This document shows positions 53,819-63,692 of a stretch of 64,000 nucleotides of DNA, one piece after another. The position numbers and the translations under genes are program-made. The DNA comes from Candidatus Eiseniibacteriota bacterium (lineage in GTDB: Bacteria; Eisenbacteria; RBG-16-71-46; JAFGJU01): NCBI GenBank assembly GCA_020349905.1, contig CP070702.1, forward strand, positions 975,516 to 1,039,515, in the 5' to 3' direction. The stretch's first letter is position 1, and the number at the start of each line of letters is the position of its first letter. Under the pieces are notes generated by a model. The model had not been told where the DNA came from. It did not search any database and saw only the letters and a program-made list of their open reading frames with translations.

Positions 53819-55212
53819 TATTCTGTCACTCTGCCGGGGATGACTTTGCCGGGATTCAAGATGCCAGCGGGGTCAAAAGAGGCCTTGAGCCGCCGCATGG
53901 TCTCCAGCGCGGGCCCGCTTTCCTCCTTCTTGAGGAAGCCTGCCCTCTCCAGACCTATCCCGTATTCGACCGGGACTGCACCACCCAGAGAGAGCGCTCT
54001 CTGCTGAATCCCGTTTACCGCGGCCTGGACAGCCGGGGTCTTCTCCGCAAGCGGCGCGTCTAGAAGAATCACGGGGTGCAGGTTGCCATCGGCGGCGTGG
54101 CCGAACGTGGCGATGCGAAGACCGTGTCTTTTTCCCGTCTCCGTAACGAAGCGGGCCATCTCGCCGACTCGGCTGCCGGGAACCGTGACGTCCTCCAGGA
54201 CGGTAACGGGTCCGGCCTTTCCCAGGGCCGAGAGAAGCCCTCTCCTCTCTTCCCAGAGTCTCTCCTCTTCTTCACCGTCCCAGCTTCTGCGCACGAACGC
54301 GGCACCTGAATCGACACAGACCTGTTCCAACGTCTGAGCTTCCTGCTCGGCCGCCTCCCTGAAGCCGTCCGTTTCCGCCAGCAGCAATGAGTGCCCTTTG
54401 GCTTCGGGCGGAAGACCGTTCCCTTCGCGGCGGAAAAGGACCCCCACCGAAACAGAATCCATGACGTCCAGGATGGAGGGTGTGGCCCCGAGGGACATCA
54501 CCGCAGACACGGCCCGGGCCGCCTGCTCCAGGTCCGGGAATCCTGCCAGCAGGGTCACCCTGTGTTCGGGAAGTGGAATCAGCTTCAGAACGGCAGCCGT
54601 GACGAGCGCCAGCGTACCCTCCGAACCGCAGACGAGCCGGGTGAGGTCGAATCCTGCCACGTTCTTCACTGTCCTGCCGCCGGTCTTCATCACCTCGCCC
54701 GTGGGAAGGACTATCTCTAGGCCCAGAAGGTAGTTCTTGGTCACCCCGTATTTGAGGGAGCGCAGGCCTCTGGCCGAGGTGGCCACGTTCCCACCCACGG
54801 TGCAAGTCTTCTGGCTGGCCGGGTCCGGCGGATAGAAGAGAGAGGAGATCTCTACTGCCTTCTTCAACTCCTCGGTAACGACTCCCGCTTCCACGACGGC
54901 GTAGAGGTCCTCGGTCACTATCTCTCTTATCCGTCTCAAGCCTGTGAGCGAGAGCAGAACACCTCCCTCGAGCGGAACCGAACCGCCCGAAAGCCCTGTC
55001 CCGGCCCCCCTGGGCGTGAGCGGAATCCGCTCCTCAGTGCAGAGCCGGGCAACTGCCGCCACCTGCTCAACGTTCCCGGGGCAAACCACGACTTCGGGCA
55101 GCTCGCTTCTTCGGGTGGCGTCGCACGAGTGACGCAGGAGCTCTTCCTTCTCCAGGAGTACGGACCGAGGGCCCGCGATTTCACGGAGCTTATGGAGAAC
55201 TGTTTCCTTCAC
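53818..55212 (-). CDS. FAD-linked oxidase (GlcD/D-lactate dehydrogenase family).
   Basis: FAD-binding PCMH domain (VVCPGNVEQVAAVARLC...PRGAGTGLSGG). Its stop and start are coupled with the downstream Fe-S subunit. Confidence 0.85.
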   Translation of the reverse strand: MKETVLHKLREIAGPRSVLLEKEELLRHSCDATRRSELPEVVVCPGNVEQVAAVARLCTEERIPLTPRGAGTGLSGGSVPLEGGVLLSLTGLRRIREIVTEDLYAVVEAGVVTEELKKAVEISSLFYPPDPASQKTCTVGGNVATSARGLRSLKYGVTKNYLLGLEIVLPTGEVMKTGGRTVKNVAGFDLTRLVCGSEGTLALVTAAVLKLIPLPEHRVTLLAGFPDLEQAARAVSAVMSLGATPSILDVMDSVSVGVLFRREGNGLPPEAKGHSLLLAETDGFREAAEQEAQTLEQVCVDSGAAFVRRSWDGEEEERLWEERRGLLSALGKAGPVTVLEDVTVPGSRVGEMARFVTETGKRHGLRIATFGHAADGNLHPVILLDAPLAEKTPAVQAAVNGIQQRALSLGGAVPVEYGIGLERAGFLKKEESGPALETMRRLKASFDPAGILNPGKVIPGRVTE

Positions 55213-55236
55213 GATACGCCTTTCATCTGGGAGCGT

Positions 55237-56472
55237 TCACGGCGACGAAAATACCGATCTGGAGAGCGCCCTGAAGATGTGTCTCCTGGAGTGTTCGGGG
55301 TCGTAGCAGAACATGGAAAAACCCCTCACCCCGATTCTTCTCAGCGCCCTCATCTTCTCCACAACCCTGGAGGAAGACTGATTGTACATGGCGATGCCGG
55401 GGTAGAACCTGTCGGCACCAATCAGGTTCTTAATGGCCGTTACCTGGTTCGTCACGGTCTGCGTGGACGCCGAATAGCACATCGGAACGGCGAAGTCTAG
55501 TATCCCCTGTTCCAGCCAGGACGGCCAGTTCTGAGCGTGCTTGACCACGGCCGAATGCACGTCAGGCACAACGGCAGCAGATAGTTCCAGAGACGGATTG
55601 AGTTCCTTTATGTCAGAACTCAGGGCCTGAACCAGGCTCTCCACGTCCCGAGCTCGCCATTCACTCCATCGCCCCCGTAGGTCCACGACCCCCTTCTTCC
55701 CCAGGAGCTCGACCAGCTCCTCGCTGTCTGTCACGAGCTCCAGCGGGTCAACGGCGTATGCGCGCATGAACTCCGTTCTCGTGGCTGCGTCGAACCCCAC
55801 GTCCATGTTGGGATACCTCACGTAGTCCAGGTGTATCCCGTCAATGGGATAACGCTGGATGAGCTCTCTCACCACGGCCCTCAGGTGCTCTCGCACCTCG
55901 GGGTTGCCGGGCGCCAGGAAGACGCCCTCGATGCCCATCGCGTCTATCTCCCGCCTGGATAGTCCGAGAAGCGACCTTCCGTCAGACCGGACCGCCACCC
56001 AGTCGGGCCGCGACCGCACGACGTGTCTCTCGTCCAGGGGCGGCTGCGGGGCTGCCCACACGAAGAACACGTTGAGCCAGGCGTGGACTTCCAGGCCCTG
56101 TTTGTGTGCCTCGCTTATGAGGTAGGCCAGCGTGTCTAACCGCTGGTCTGCCAGGAGCTCCGAGCGCGGTTCGATGGAGGACTCGTACAGGGCGTCTCCC
56201 CTCCCGCGTACCTGGACCAGGAGAACGTTAAAGCCGGACTCCCGCGCCTGGCTCAACATCCTGTCAACGGTCGCACGCGAAACGAGAGTGTTTCTGAGGA
56301 CCCAGAGCGCCCTCACCTCCCCGTCCGGAAGGGCCTCCAGCGGGGGCACGGGAATAAGGAGGAGCGCAGAGGCGAGAAGGAAGACGGTGCCGCTCAGGAA
56401 TAGCCGTAACAGGAATAGGCGTAGGAAGAAGAGCGAGAGCGCCAGAGCAGTATGCCGCGGGAAGGCGAGCAC
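55237..56472 (-). CDS. GHL10/DUF187-type 'family 10 glycosyl hydrolase-like' protein with an N-terminal signal/TM segment. The start is uncertain.
   Basis: ORF 55237..56709 would overlap rplQ. The start was moved to an in-frame GTG (VLAFPRHTALALSLFFL...). A TIM-barrel-like region follows (GFNVLLVQVRGRGDALYES...GIHLDYVRYP). Confidence 0.55.
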   Translation of the reverse strand: MLAFPRHTALALSLFFLRLFLLRLFLSGTVFLLASALLLIPVPPLEALPDGEVRALWVLRNTLVSRATVDRMLSQARESGFNVLLVQVRGRGDALYESSIEPRSELLADQRLDTLAYLISEAHKQGLEVHAWLNVFFVWAAPQPPLDERHVVRSRPDWVAVRSDGRSLLGLSRREIDAMGIEGVFLAPGNPEVREHLRAVVRELIQRYPIDGIHLDYVRYPNMDVGFDAATRTEFMRAYAVDPLELVTDSEELVELLGKKGVVDLRGRWSEWRARDVESLVQALSSDIKELNPSLELSAAVVPDVHSAVVKHAQNWPSWLEQGILDFAVPMCYSASTQTVTNQVTAIKNLIGADRFYPGIAMYNQSSSRVVEKMRALRRIGVRGFSMFCYDPEHSRRHIFRALSRSVFSSP

Positions 56473-56635
56473 AGATGCCGAGGCCGCAGGGGGCAAGGAG
56501 AGGCTCGAAAGAAAGAGGCCACGCGCTCCGGCCTGGCCTTTGGGTTTGTATCCTAATGTGAAGACGTTCCCGAATCTACGAGTTCCGCCCGACGCTGCTG
56601 CACAGAGCCCGCCTGTGGCAGAGTCGTTGGTACTC

Positions 56636-57175
56636 TTACTTCTCCCCCTTCTCACCCTTCTCCTCAGAAGGCCCTTCAGCTTCGCTTTCTTCACGGGCCT
56701 CTTCGGCACGCAGTTCCTCCTGGGCAGCTTCTTCCTCGAGTTTGCGCTTTTCTTCCTTCGCCTTCTGCTTGGCTTCTCTCTTCTCGGCCCTCTCTCGCCT
56801 TTCCTCTTCCATGAGTTCTTTCGACTTGATGAGTTCCAGGACGCCCATCTCTCCGCCGTCTCCCTGCCGCCTCTTCAACTTGATGATCCTGGTGTAGCCA
56901 CCGTTTCGGTCGGCGTACCACGGAACGATGGTCTCGAAGAGCTTTTTCACTACCTCGTCGCTCTTCACGTACGCGGCCACGTTCCTGCGCGCGTGGAGGT
57001 CTCCCTTCTTGGCGAAAGTAATCATCCGCTCGGCGACTCTCCTGGTCTCCTTGGCCTTGGCGACGCTCGTCTCTATTCTCTCATGCTCGAACAGGGCAGT
57101 GACAAGATTGCGCAGCAACGCCCTCCTGTGCTCGTGTGTCCTGCTCAGTTGTCTTCTGTCTCTATTGTGTCGCAT
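56636..57175 (-). CDS. rplQ: 50S ribosomal protein L17 with an unusually long Glu/Lys/Arg-rich C-terminal extension (179 aa in total).
   Basis: L17 core (RRALLRNLVTALFEHERIETSVAKAKE...), then about 55 aa of charged low complexity. Confidence 0.9.
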   Translation of the reverse strand: MRHNRDRRQLSRTHEHRRALLRNLVTALFEHERIETSVAKAKETRRVAERMITFAKKGDLHARRNVAAYVKSDEVVKKLFETIVPWYADRNGGYTRIIKLKRRQGDGGEMGVLELIKSKELMEEERRERAEKREAKQKAKEEKRKLEEEAAQEELRAEEAREESEAEGPSEEKGEKGEK

Positions 57176-57192
57176 GAGAGTAACCCCCTATA

Positions 57193-58191
57193 TCACTCGA
57201 GCTTTTCATCCTTGTCGGATTCGACGAGCTTGTAACGGCTCACGTCCATTCCGAAATGCAAGCCCATCGATTCCAGAATATCCTCTATCTCCTTCAGCGA
57301 CTTGCGTCCGAAGTTCCGGTACTTCAACATGTCCTGTTCGGTCTTCTGGACCAACTCACCAAGTGTCCGTATCTCCGCTGCTCGCAAACAATTACCCGAG
57401 CGGACCGAGAGCTCCAGTTCCTCCACGCTCTTCTTCAGAAGCTGGCGCACCCGTTCGGTCTCCTTGTCCACTTCCTCTTCTTCCACGATGACCTCTTCCT
57501 CGAAGTGAACGAACAGGCCGAAGTGGTCGGTCAGTATCTTCCCGGCGAACGAGAGAGCGTCGGTGGGAACGACGCTGCCGTCGGTCCATATCTCTAAAAG
57601 CAAGCGATCGAAGTCGATGCGCTGCCCGACCCTGGCGCTTTCCACACGGTACGTCACCTTCGTCACCGGGCTGAAGAGGGAATCCACCGGAACGATCCCG
57701 ATGGCCCTATCTCCTCCGGGCTGCAACTCGGCCGGTACGTAACCCCTGCCCCCGCTGATCTCGATCTCAATGTTGAGCTCGCCTTCCTTGTTCAGCGTAG
57801 CGATATGAAGGTCCGGGTTGAGCACCGTCACTTCCTCGTCGACCTTGAGATCCCCGGCCACAACGTCGCACTTCCCCTTGGCGTCGAAGACACCCCGCTT
57901 CACGCTGTCCGTCATCAGCTTGAACCGGATCTGTTTCAAGTTGAGGATGATTTCGGCGCTGTCTTCCAGTACGCCTTTCAGAGTCGAAAACTCGTGCAGC
58001 GCGCCGTCTATCTTGACGGCAGTAACCGCGGCCCCCGGCGTCGACGAAAGCAGAACCCGCCTCAGCGAGTTCCCTATCGTAGCACCAAACCCTCGCTCCA
58101 GTGGCTCGATTGTGAACTTGCCGTACGTTTCGCTCGCAGTCTTCTCATCGAGCTCGATCTTCTTTGGCATCTGGAGGCTTTTCCACCTCAT
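57193..58191 (-). CDS. rpoA: DNA-directed RNA polymerase alpha subunit (the start is ambiguous among Met1, Met9 and Met16 of the ORF).
   Basis: The N-terminal domain reads FTIEPLERGFGATIGNSLRRVLLSS. The C-terminal domain reads ELSVRSGNCLRAAEIRTLGELV. Confidence 0.9.
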   Translation of the reverse strand: MRWKSLQMPKKIELDEKTASETYGKFTIEPLERGFGATIGNSLRRVLLSSTPGAAVTAVKIDGALHEFSTLKGVLEDSAEIILNLKQIRFKLMTDSVKRGVFDAKGKCDVVAGDLKVDEEVTVLNPDLHIATLNKEGELNIEIEISGGRGYVPAELQPGGDRAIGIVPVDSLFSPVTKVTYRVESARVGQRIDFDRLLLEIWTDGSVVPTDALSFAGKILTDHFGLFVHFEEEVIVEEEEVDKETERVRQLLKKSVEELELSVRSGNCLRAAEIRTLGELVQKTEQDMLKYRNFGRKSLKEIEDILESMGLHFGMDVSRYKLVESDKDEKLE

Positions 58192-58221
58192 GACTAAGAC
58201 CCCCTGGCATTGCAAGTATGC

Positions 58222-58851
58222 TTACTTGGAGTAGAGCCCAACTATGAGCTGCTCTTGAATCGGAACGGGAATCATGTCTCTGGACGGGATCTCGACCAAT
58301 CTACCCGAGAGACTCTCACGATTAACCTGAAGCCACGACGGCATCTCCCGTCCCTCGGTGGCCTCGAGCGAATCAGTTATTATCTTCAGCGAACGGCTCT
58401 TCTCCTTGACCGAGATCTCACTTCCCGGTTTCACCTGGTACGAAGGTATGTTCACCTTCTTCTGGTTCACGAGAAAGTGTCCGTGCTTGACGAGCTGACG
58501 GGCGCACGGTCTTGACGGGGCCAGGCCGAGGCGAAACACCACGTTGTCCAACCGGCATTCCAGCATCTGCAGGAGCAGTTCGCCCGTGATGCCCTTCTTC
58601 GCTTCGGCAGAAAGGAAGTAGTTCTTAAACTGCTTCTCCAGTATCCCGTAGATCCGCCTGGCCTTCTGCTTCTCCCTGAGCTGGAGGCCGTAGTCGGTCA
58701 CGCGCAGCCTGCGGTCCCGGCCGTGCTCGCCCGGAGCGTATCCCCTCCGTTCGAAAGCGCACTTGTCGGTCACGCAGCGCTCCCCCTTAAGAAAGAGCTT
58801 GGCACCCTCGCGTCTGCACTGTCTGCATTTTGCGTCTCTGTTTCTTGCCAT
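58222..58851 (-). CDS. rpsD: 30S ribosomal protein S4.
   Basis: The N-terminal Zn-ribbon reads [18 protein letters not shown], followed by an S4 domain. Confidence 0.95.
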   Translation of the reverse strand: MARNRDAKCRQCRREGAKLFLKGERCVTDKCAFERRGYAPGEHGRDRRLRVTDYGLQLREKQKARRIYGILEKQFKNYFLSAEAKKGITGELLLQMLECRLDNVVFRLGLAPSRPCARQLVKHGHFLVNQKKVNIPSYQVKPGSEISVKEKSRSLKIITDSLEATEGREMPSWLQVNRESLSGRLVEIPSRDMIPVPIQEQLIVGLYSK

Positions 58852-58933
58852 CTATCGCACCACCTGATCTCTAAAGAAACGATACTCCCGTTTCACCATG
58901 ACTCGCCGGCCGAGCAGCCGGCATCCTTGCCCG

Positions 58934-59323
58934 CTAGACTCTTCTCCTCTTGGGAGCACGGCAGCCGTTGTGGGGAATCGGCGTCACGTCCCTGATGGCC
59001 GTGACCTCCAGACCGGCGGCCTGAATCGAGCGGATGGCCGCCTCCCGGCCCGCACCGGGGCCCTTCACCCAGACTTCCACCCGTCTCATCCCGTGCGTCA
59101 AGGCCTCTCTCGCCGTCGCCTCCGCGGCCACCTGCGCTGCGAAGGGCGTGCTCTTCCTGGAGCCCTTGAAGCCGACCTTGCCGGCGCTGGCCCAGCAGAG
59201 GACGCCCCCTTCCGCGTCCGTAATGGTCACGATGGTGTTGTTGAACGTCGCCTGGATGTGGGCAACGCCGTTCGGTGCGGCACGTCTCTCCTTCTTCTTT
59301 CCCTTCTTTGGTTCGACTGCCAA
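58934..59323 (-). CDS. rpsK: 30S ribosomal protein S11.
   Basis: [18 protein letters not shown]... Confidence 0.95.
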   Translation of the reverse strand: MAVEPKKGKKKERRAAPNGVAHIQATFNNTIVTITDAEGGVLCWASAGKVGFKGSRKSTPFAAQVAAEATAREALTHGMRRVEVWVKGPGAGREAAIRSIQAAGLEVTAIRDVTPIPHNGCRAPKRRRV

Positions 59324-59743
59324 TTACTTCTCCCCCTTTGCATGTCTGGTGGCCGGTCCCTTCTTGGCCAGGGTTTTGCGCTTAATGGCCCCCGCCGTCT
59401 TCTTGGGACCCTTGCGCGTCCTGGCGTTTGTCTTGGTTCTCTGCCCCCGCACCGGAAGCCCCTTCCTGTGCCTCAGCCCGCGGTAGGCGCCGATGTCCAT
59501 CAGTCTCTTGATGTTCATCCCAACTTCGGTCCGCAGGGAACCTTCTATCTTGTACTTGCTCTCAATCTCCGTCCTGAGCCGGGCCGTGTCCTCTTCCGTT
59601 AGGTTCTTCACGCGGGTATCCGCGTTGACTCCCGTGGCGCGGAGAATCTTCCTCGCTGAGGAGGCACCTATACCGAAGATGTACGTGAGAGCGGCCTCGA
59701 TCCTTTTCTCGGCAGGCAAGTCTACTCCAGCAATTCGTGCCAA
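59324..59743 (-). CDS. rpsM: 30S ribosomal protein S13.
   Basis: [10 protein letters not shown]...[20 protein letters not shown]. Confidence 0.95.
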   Translation of the reverse strand: MARIAGVDLPAEKRIEAALTYIFGIGASSARKILRATGVNADTRVKNLTEEDTARLRTEIESKYKIEGSLRTEVGMNIKRLMDIGAYRGLRHRKGLPVRGQRTKTNARTRKGPKKTAGAIKRKTLAKKGPATRHAKGEK

Positions 59744-59874
59744 ATCAGATCACCTTCCCTCTTCTCGTGCGTCCAAAGTCCCCGTTACCAGTTTCATGCA
59801 CAAATCCGCGTCACTCCCCGGAGGTCCATCCTGCAGAATCAGAAAACGACACGCCTCCTGGCGGAGTGACGAAT

Positions 59875-59988
59875 CTATTTCTGCCTCTGCTTGTGCCGAG
59901 GATTCTTGCACAGCACACGCACTACGCCCTTTCTGCGAACGAGCTTGCAGTGCTCACATATCCTCTTCACTGACGCCCTGACTTTCAT
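59875..59988 (-). CDS. rpmJ: 50S ribosomal protein L36 (37 aa). It is not in the ORF track.
   Basis: Read directly: [37 protein letters not shown], between rpsM and infA. Confidence 0.85.
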   Translation of the reverse strand: MKVRASVKRICEHCKLVRRKGVVRVLCKNPRHKQRQK

Positions 59989-60078
59989 GACCGTTATTCC
60001 CCAGAATGCGCGGAGACAAAACCCCCGGCGCGCGGCGCTGGCCCGAGCTTAGCGTCCGGCTAACTCGCCTAGCGCCAA

Positions 60079-60297
60079 TCACTTATACCTGTAGATGATC
60101 CTCCCCCTGCTCAGGTCGTACGGAGACAGCTCGACAGTGACTTTGTCCCCCGGAAGGATTCTTATGAAATGCATTCGCATCTTCCCGGAGATGTGCGCAA
60201 GCACGAGGTGTCCGTTCTCGAGCTCTACCCTGAACATCGCGTTAGGAAGGGGCTCAACCACAGTACCTTCTACTTGTATCCCCTCTTCCTTTGCCAC
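60079..60297 (-). CDS. infA: Translation initiation factor IF-1.
   Basis: [20 protein letters not shown]... Confidence 0.95.
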   Translation of the reverse strand: MAKEEGIQVEGTVVEPLPNAMFRVELENGHLVLAHISGKMRMHFIRILPGDKVTVELSPYDLSRGRIIYRYK

Positions 60298-60302
60298 TGC
60301 CT

Positions 60303-61073
60303 CTATGACCTCCTCGGGGCGGCCGACTCCACCTGCGTCAGTATCCTGGCACCGTTCTCACACACCGCAACGGTGTGCTCGAAGTGGGCCGAGAGAGACC
60401 TGTCTTTCGTTACGACAGTCCACCTGTCGTCCAGGGTCTCCACCTCCCACCCGCCGGCGTTCACCATCGGCTCGATGGCCAGAACCATTCCCTCGACCAG
60501 CAGCGGGCCACAGCCTGCCTTACCGTAGTTCGGAATCTGAGGGTCTTCGTGCATCTCCAATCCGACCCCGTGGCCCACGAGGTCTCTCACGACGGAGAGG
60601 TTGAAACGCTCCACACACTCCTGAATCGAATGCGAAACGTCACCCAGGTGGTTATCGGGTGTCGCCTTTTCCACACCCTTCATCAGCGACAACTGTGTCA
60701 CCTCGAGCAACGTCTGCGCCTCCTCGGAGATTTCACCGACGGGGAAGGTGGCCGCTCCGTCGCCGAAGTAGCCGTCTTTCAGTACCCCGACGTCGATGCT
60801 CACGATGTCACCTTCAACAAGAGCGCGCCCTCCGGGAATCCCGTGCACCACTTCCTCGTTCACGGAGACGCATATGTTGGCCGGAAAACCCCTGTAATCC
60901 TTGAAGGCCGGCACGCCCTTCCTGGCCTTGATGAGATCCACGGCCCAACGGTCCAATTCGATGGTGCTGAGACCCGGTTCCACTATTCGGCCGAGCGCCT
61001 CGAGGGTGTCGGCGACGATTATGCAGCTTTCCGTTATCCTGGCTATCTGCTCCTTGGTCTTAAGCCTTATCAT
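60303..61073 (-). CDS. map: Methionine aminopeptidase type I.
   Basis: Recognised as type I MetAP by overall similarity (N-terminus [25 protein letters not shown]...). No individual metal-ligand residues were checked. Confidence 0.95.
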   Translation of the reverse strand: MIRLKTKEQIARITESCIIVADTLEALGRIVEPGLSTIELDRWAVDLIKARKGVPAFKDYRGFPANICVSVNEEVVHGIPGGRALVEGDIVSIDVGVLKDGYFGDGAATFPVGEISEEAQTLLEVTQLSLMKGVEKATPDNHLGDVSHSIQECVERFNLSVVRDLVGHGVGLEMHEDPQIPNYGKAGCGPLLVEGMVLAIEPMVNAGGWEVETLDDRWTVVTKDRSLSAHFEHTVAVCENGARILTQVESAAPRRS

Positions 61074-61743
61074 CTATGCTCGTTCCTGGGCCCCGTGCTC
61101 TTTCCTCAAGCTCCAGGCGAATGTTGTCGAAGATCTCCTCCACCCGTCCCGCCCCGTCTATATTCACCAGCCGCGAGGTCCGCTCGAAGTACTCGACGAG
61201 CGGGGTTGTCTGCGAGAGGTACACGCCCAGCCTCTTTCTGACGGTGTCTTCCGAGTCGTCGGCCCGTACCTCGAGAGCCGTTTTGCACTCGTCGCACTCG
61301 CCTTCAGAGACGGGCGGGCGATTCTCCATGTGATACATCATCCCGCACGCTGGGCAGGTCCTCCTGAGCGCGAGCCTGCTGACGAGGACCTCCTCGGAAA
61401 CGCGGATGTTGACGACGGCGTCAAGCTCCCAGCCCAACTCCGCCAGTATTTCTTCTATGCCCTTCGCCTGGGGAATCGTTCTGGGAAAGCCGTCCAGAAC
61501 GAAGCCCCTTCGAACGTCCTCGTGCGACAGTCTCTCCCTCACGAGCCGTATCGTGAGCGAGTCGGGGACAAGGGCACCGCCGGAAACGTACTTCTCGACT
61601 TCGGCACCCAGCGGCGTGCCGTCCGCGATGGCCTTTCTGAAAATGTCCCCGGTCGAAATCTGAGGGATACCGAAGTGGTCCTGGATCAACCTGGCCTGCG
61701 TTCCCTTTCCGCTGCCGGGGGCCCCGAGGAGTATTATGCGCAT
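61060..61743 (-). CDS. adk: Adenylate kinase (long form with a Zn-binding lid).
   Basis: P-loop GAPGSGKGTQ. The lid reads CPACGMMYH...CDEC. Confidence 0.95.
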   Translation of the reverse strand: MRIILLGAPGSGKGTQARLIQDHFGIPQISTGDIFRKAIADGTPLGAEVEKYVSGGALVPDSLTIRLVRERLSHEDVRRGFVLDGFPRTIPQAKGIEEILAELGWELDAVVNIRVSEEVLVSRLALRRTCPACGMMYHMENRPPVSEGECDECKTALEVRADDSEDTVRKRLGVYLSQTTPLVEYFERTSRLVNIDGAGRVEEIFDNIRLELEERARGPGTSIDDKA

Positions 61744-61747
61744 GAGG

Positions 61748-63061
61748 CTACATGAACCTTCTTCCTCTTATCTTCCCCTTCTTCATGAACCCTTCGTAAT
61801 GTCTCATCAACAGGTGAGATTCTATCTGCTGAAGAGTATCCAGGGCCACGCCGACCACGATCAGAATGGACGTCCCTCCGAAGTAGAACGGGGCGTGAAA
61901 CCTGTTTATGAGCACGTCGGGAAGGATTGCCACCAGCGCCAGGAACAGGGCCCCCGGAAGCGTTATTCTCAAGAGCACCCTGTCTATGTACTCTGCCGTC
62001 CTCTTTCCTGCCCGGATGCCGGGTACAAAGCCGCCGTGCTTCTGGATATTTTCCGCAAGGTCGGTCGGGTTCAGGATGATGGCTGTATAGAAATAGGTGA
62101 AGAATACGATTATCGCCCCGTACACCAGAGAGTAGAACCAAGTTCCCGGAGAGAACAGCATCGTTATCCTCTCCATTATGGCGTTGTCCCTGACGAACGT
62201 AGACATCGTGCCGGGGAACATTATCAACGCCTGGGCAAAGATGATGGGAATAACCCCGGCGCTGTTCACGCGCAGAGGGATGTGGGTGTTCTGCCCACCG
62301 TACATCTTCCTGCCCACGACTCGCTTCGCGTACTGGACGGGGATTTTCCTCATCCCCTGCGTCATCACGATCACGGCAGCGATCACAGCGATGATGAGCA
62401 CCGCCAGCCACACAGCGCCGAAGATCTGGATGGCTCCGAGCTGCAAGGCCCGGATGGTGTTCACCACGTCCGTGGGGAAGCGCGCCACGATGCCTATGAA
62501 AATGATGAGAGATATCCCGTTTCCGATGCCGCGATCCGTTATCTGCTCTCCCAGCCACATGACAAATATCGTTCCGCACGTGAGCGTTATCATCGTCAGC
62601 AGCCGGAAACCGATACCGGGGTTCGGAACGACCGCACCCAGCTCGCTCCTCAGCGATTCCACGAAGATGCTGATTCCGTAGCCCTGGATCATCGCCAGTC
62701 CGACGGTTCCGTACCTGGTGTATTGCGTTATCTTCTTTCTTCCTTCTTCACCCTCCTTCTGCAGCTTCTGCAGAAACGGGATGACCGCCCCCAGGAGCTG
62801 CATGATAATCGAGGCGTTGATGTAGGGCATTATGCCCATCGCGAAGATGGTGCACTGGCTCAGTGAACCACCCACGAACATGTCGTAGAGACCGAAGAGA
62901 GTCCTCTCCTTCCCCTGGAAAAACGCCGCGAGCGCCTCTCCGTTTATCCCTGGAGTGGGCACGTGCCCGCCGAGGCGATACACGATGAGAAGGAGCACGG
63001 TGAAAATTATGCGTCGCCTGAGTTCGGGAATTCGGAATATGCTCTGGACTTTCTCAAGCAT
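61748..63061 (-). CDS. secY: Preprotein translocase subunit SecY.
   Basis: Ten TM helices. The signature region GIMPYINASIIMQLL is present. Confidence 0.95.
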   Translation of the reverse strand: MLEKVQSIFRIPELRRRIIFTVLLLIVYRLGGHVPTPGINGEALAAFFQGKERTLFGLYDMFVGGSLSQCTIFAMGIMPYINASIIMQLLGAVIPFLQKLQKEGEEGRKKITQYTRYGTVGLAMIQGYGISIFVESLRSELGAVVPNPGIGFRLLTMITLTCGTIFVMWLGEQITDRGIGNGISLIIFIGIVARFPTDVVNTIRALQLGAIQIFGAVWLAVLIIAVIAAVIVMTQGMRKIPVQYAKRVVGRKMYGGQNTHIPLRVNSAGVIPIIFAQALIMFPGTMSTFVRDNAIMERITMLFSPGTWFYSLVYGAIIVFFTYFYTAIILNPTDLAENIQKHGGFVPGIRAGKRTAEYIDRVLLRITLPGALFLALVAILPDVLINRFHAPFYFGGTSILIVVGVALDTLQQIESHLLMRHYEGFMKKGKIRGRRFM

Positions 63062-63507
63062 TACTTAATTAGCTCCACCGAACCACCTGCCTGTTCGACT
63101 CTCTCTTTGGCCGACTTGCTGACAGCGTGAACCTTGATCTTGAGCGGAATCGAGATTTCTCCCGCGCCGAGTATCTTGATAGGTCGCTTGCGCTTATGGA
63201 CCAGGCGCTTCTCGAACAGGCTCTCCGGCGTCACTTCGGCTCCGGAGTCCAGCTTCGACAGCTGACCCAGATTGACCACCTGGTACTCGACCCTCGTGGG
63301 ATTCGTGAACCCTCTCTTGGGAATCCTGCGCTGCAGAGGCATCTGCCCGCCCTCGAACCAGGCGGGCACCTTTCCTCCGGAGCGGCACTTGAGTCCCTTG
63401 TGCCCCTTCGTGGAGGTGCCTCCGTGGCCCGAACCCTCACCACAACCCAACCTCTTTCTCTTCTTGCGAGAGCCCGCCGCGGGGCGCAGTTGATTGAGCT
63501 TGCTCAT
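63061..63507 (-). CDS. rplO: 50S ribosomal protein L15.
   Basis: [22 protein letters not shown]... Confidence 0.95.
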   Translation of the reverse strand: MSKLNQLRPAAGSRKKRKRLGCGEGSGHGGTSTKGHKGLKCRSGGKVPAWFEGGQMPLQRRIPKRGFTNPTRVEYQVVNLGQLSKLDSGAEVTPESLFEKRLVHKRKRPIKILGAGEISIPLKIKVHAVSKSAKERVEQAGGSVELIK

Positions 63508-63692
63508 CCCTCTATCTCCTCGACACGAACAAGGTGACTCACTCGCGCTATCATGCCACGAATCTGCGGAGTATCATCGTGAACCACGGAATGGTGCAGA
63601 CGCCTGATACCGAGGGTGCGGACCGTCACTCCCTGGTTCTTCTGCCTGCCGATGGCACTCCTTACCTGAGTGATCCTAAGCTTTCGTTTCAT
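63504..63692 (-). CDS. rpmD: 50S ribosomal protein L30.
   Basis: [29 protein letters not shown]. Confidence 0.9.
   Translation of the reverse strand: MKRKLRITQVRSAIGRQKNQGVTVRTLGIRRLHHSVVHDDTPQIRGMIARVSHLVRVEEIEG

Noticed and set aside
56473-56709. N-terminal 79 codons of ORF 55237..56709.
   Set aside because: They overlap the well-supported rplQ coding sequence (56636-57175) on the same strand in a different frame. The start was moved to an internal GTG preceding the hydrophobic signal/anchor.
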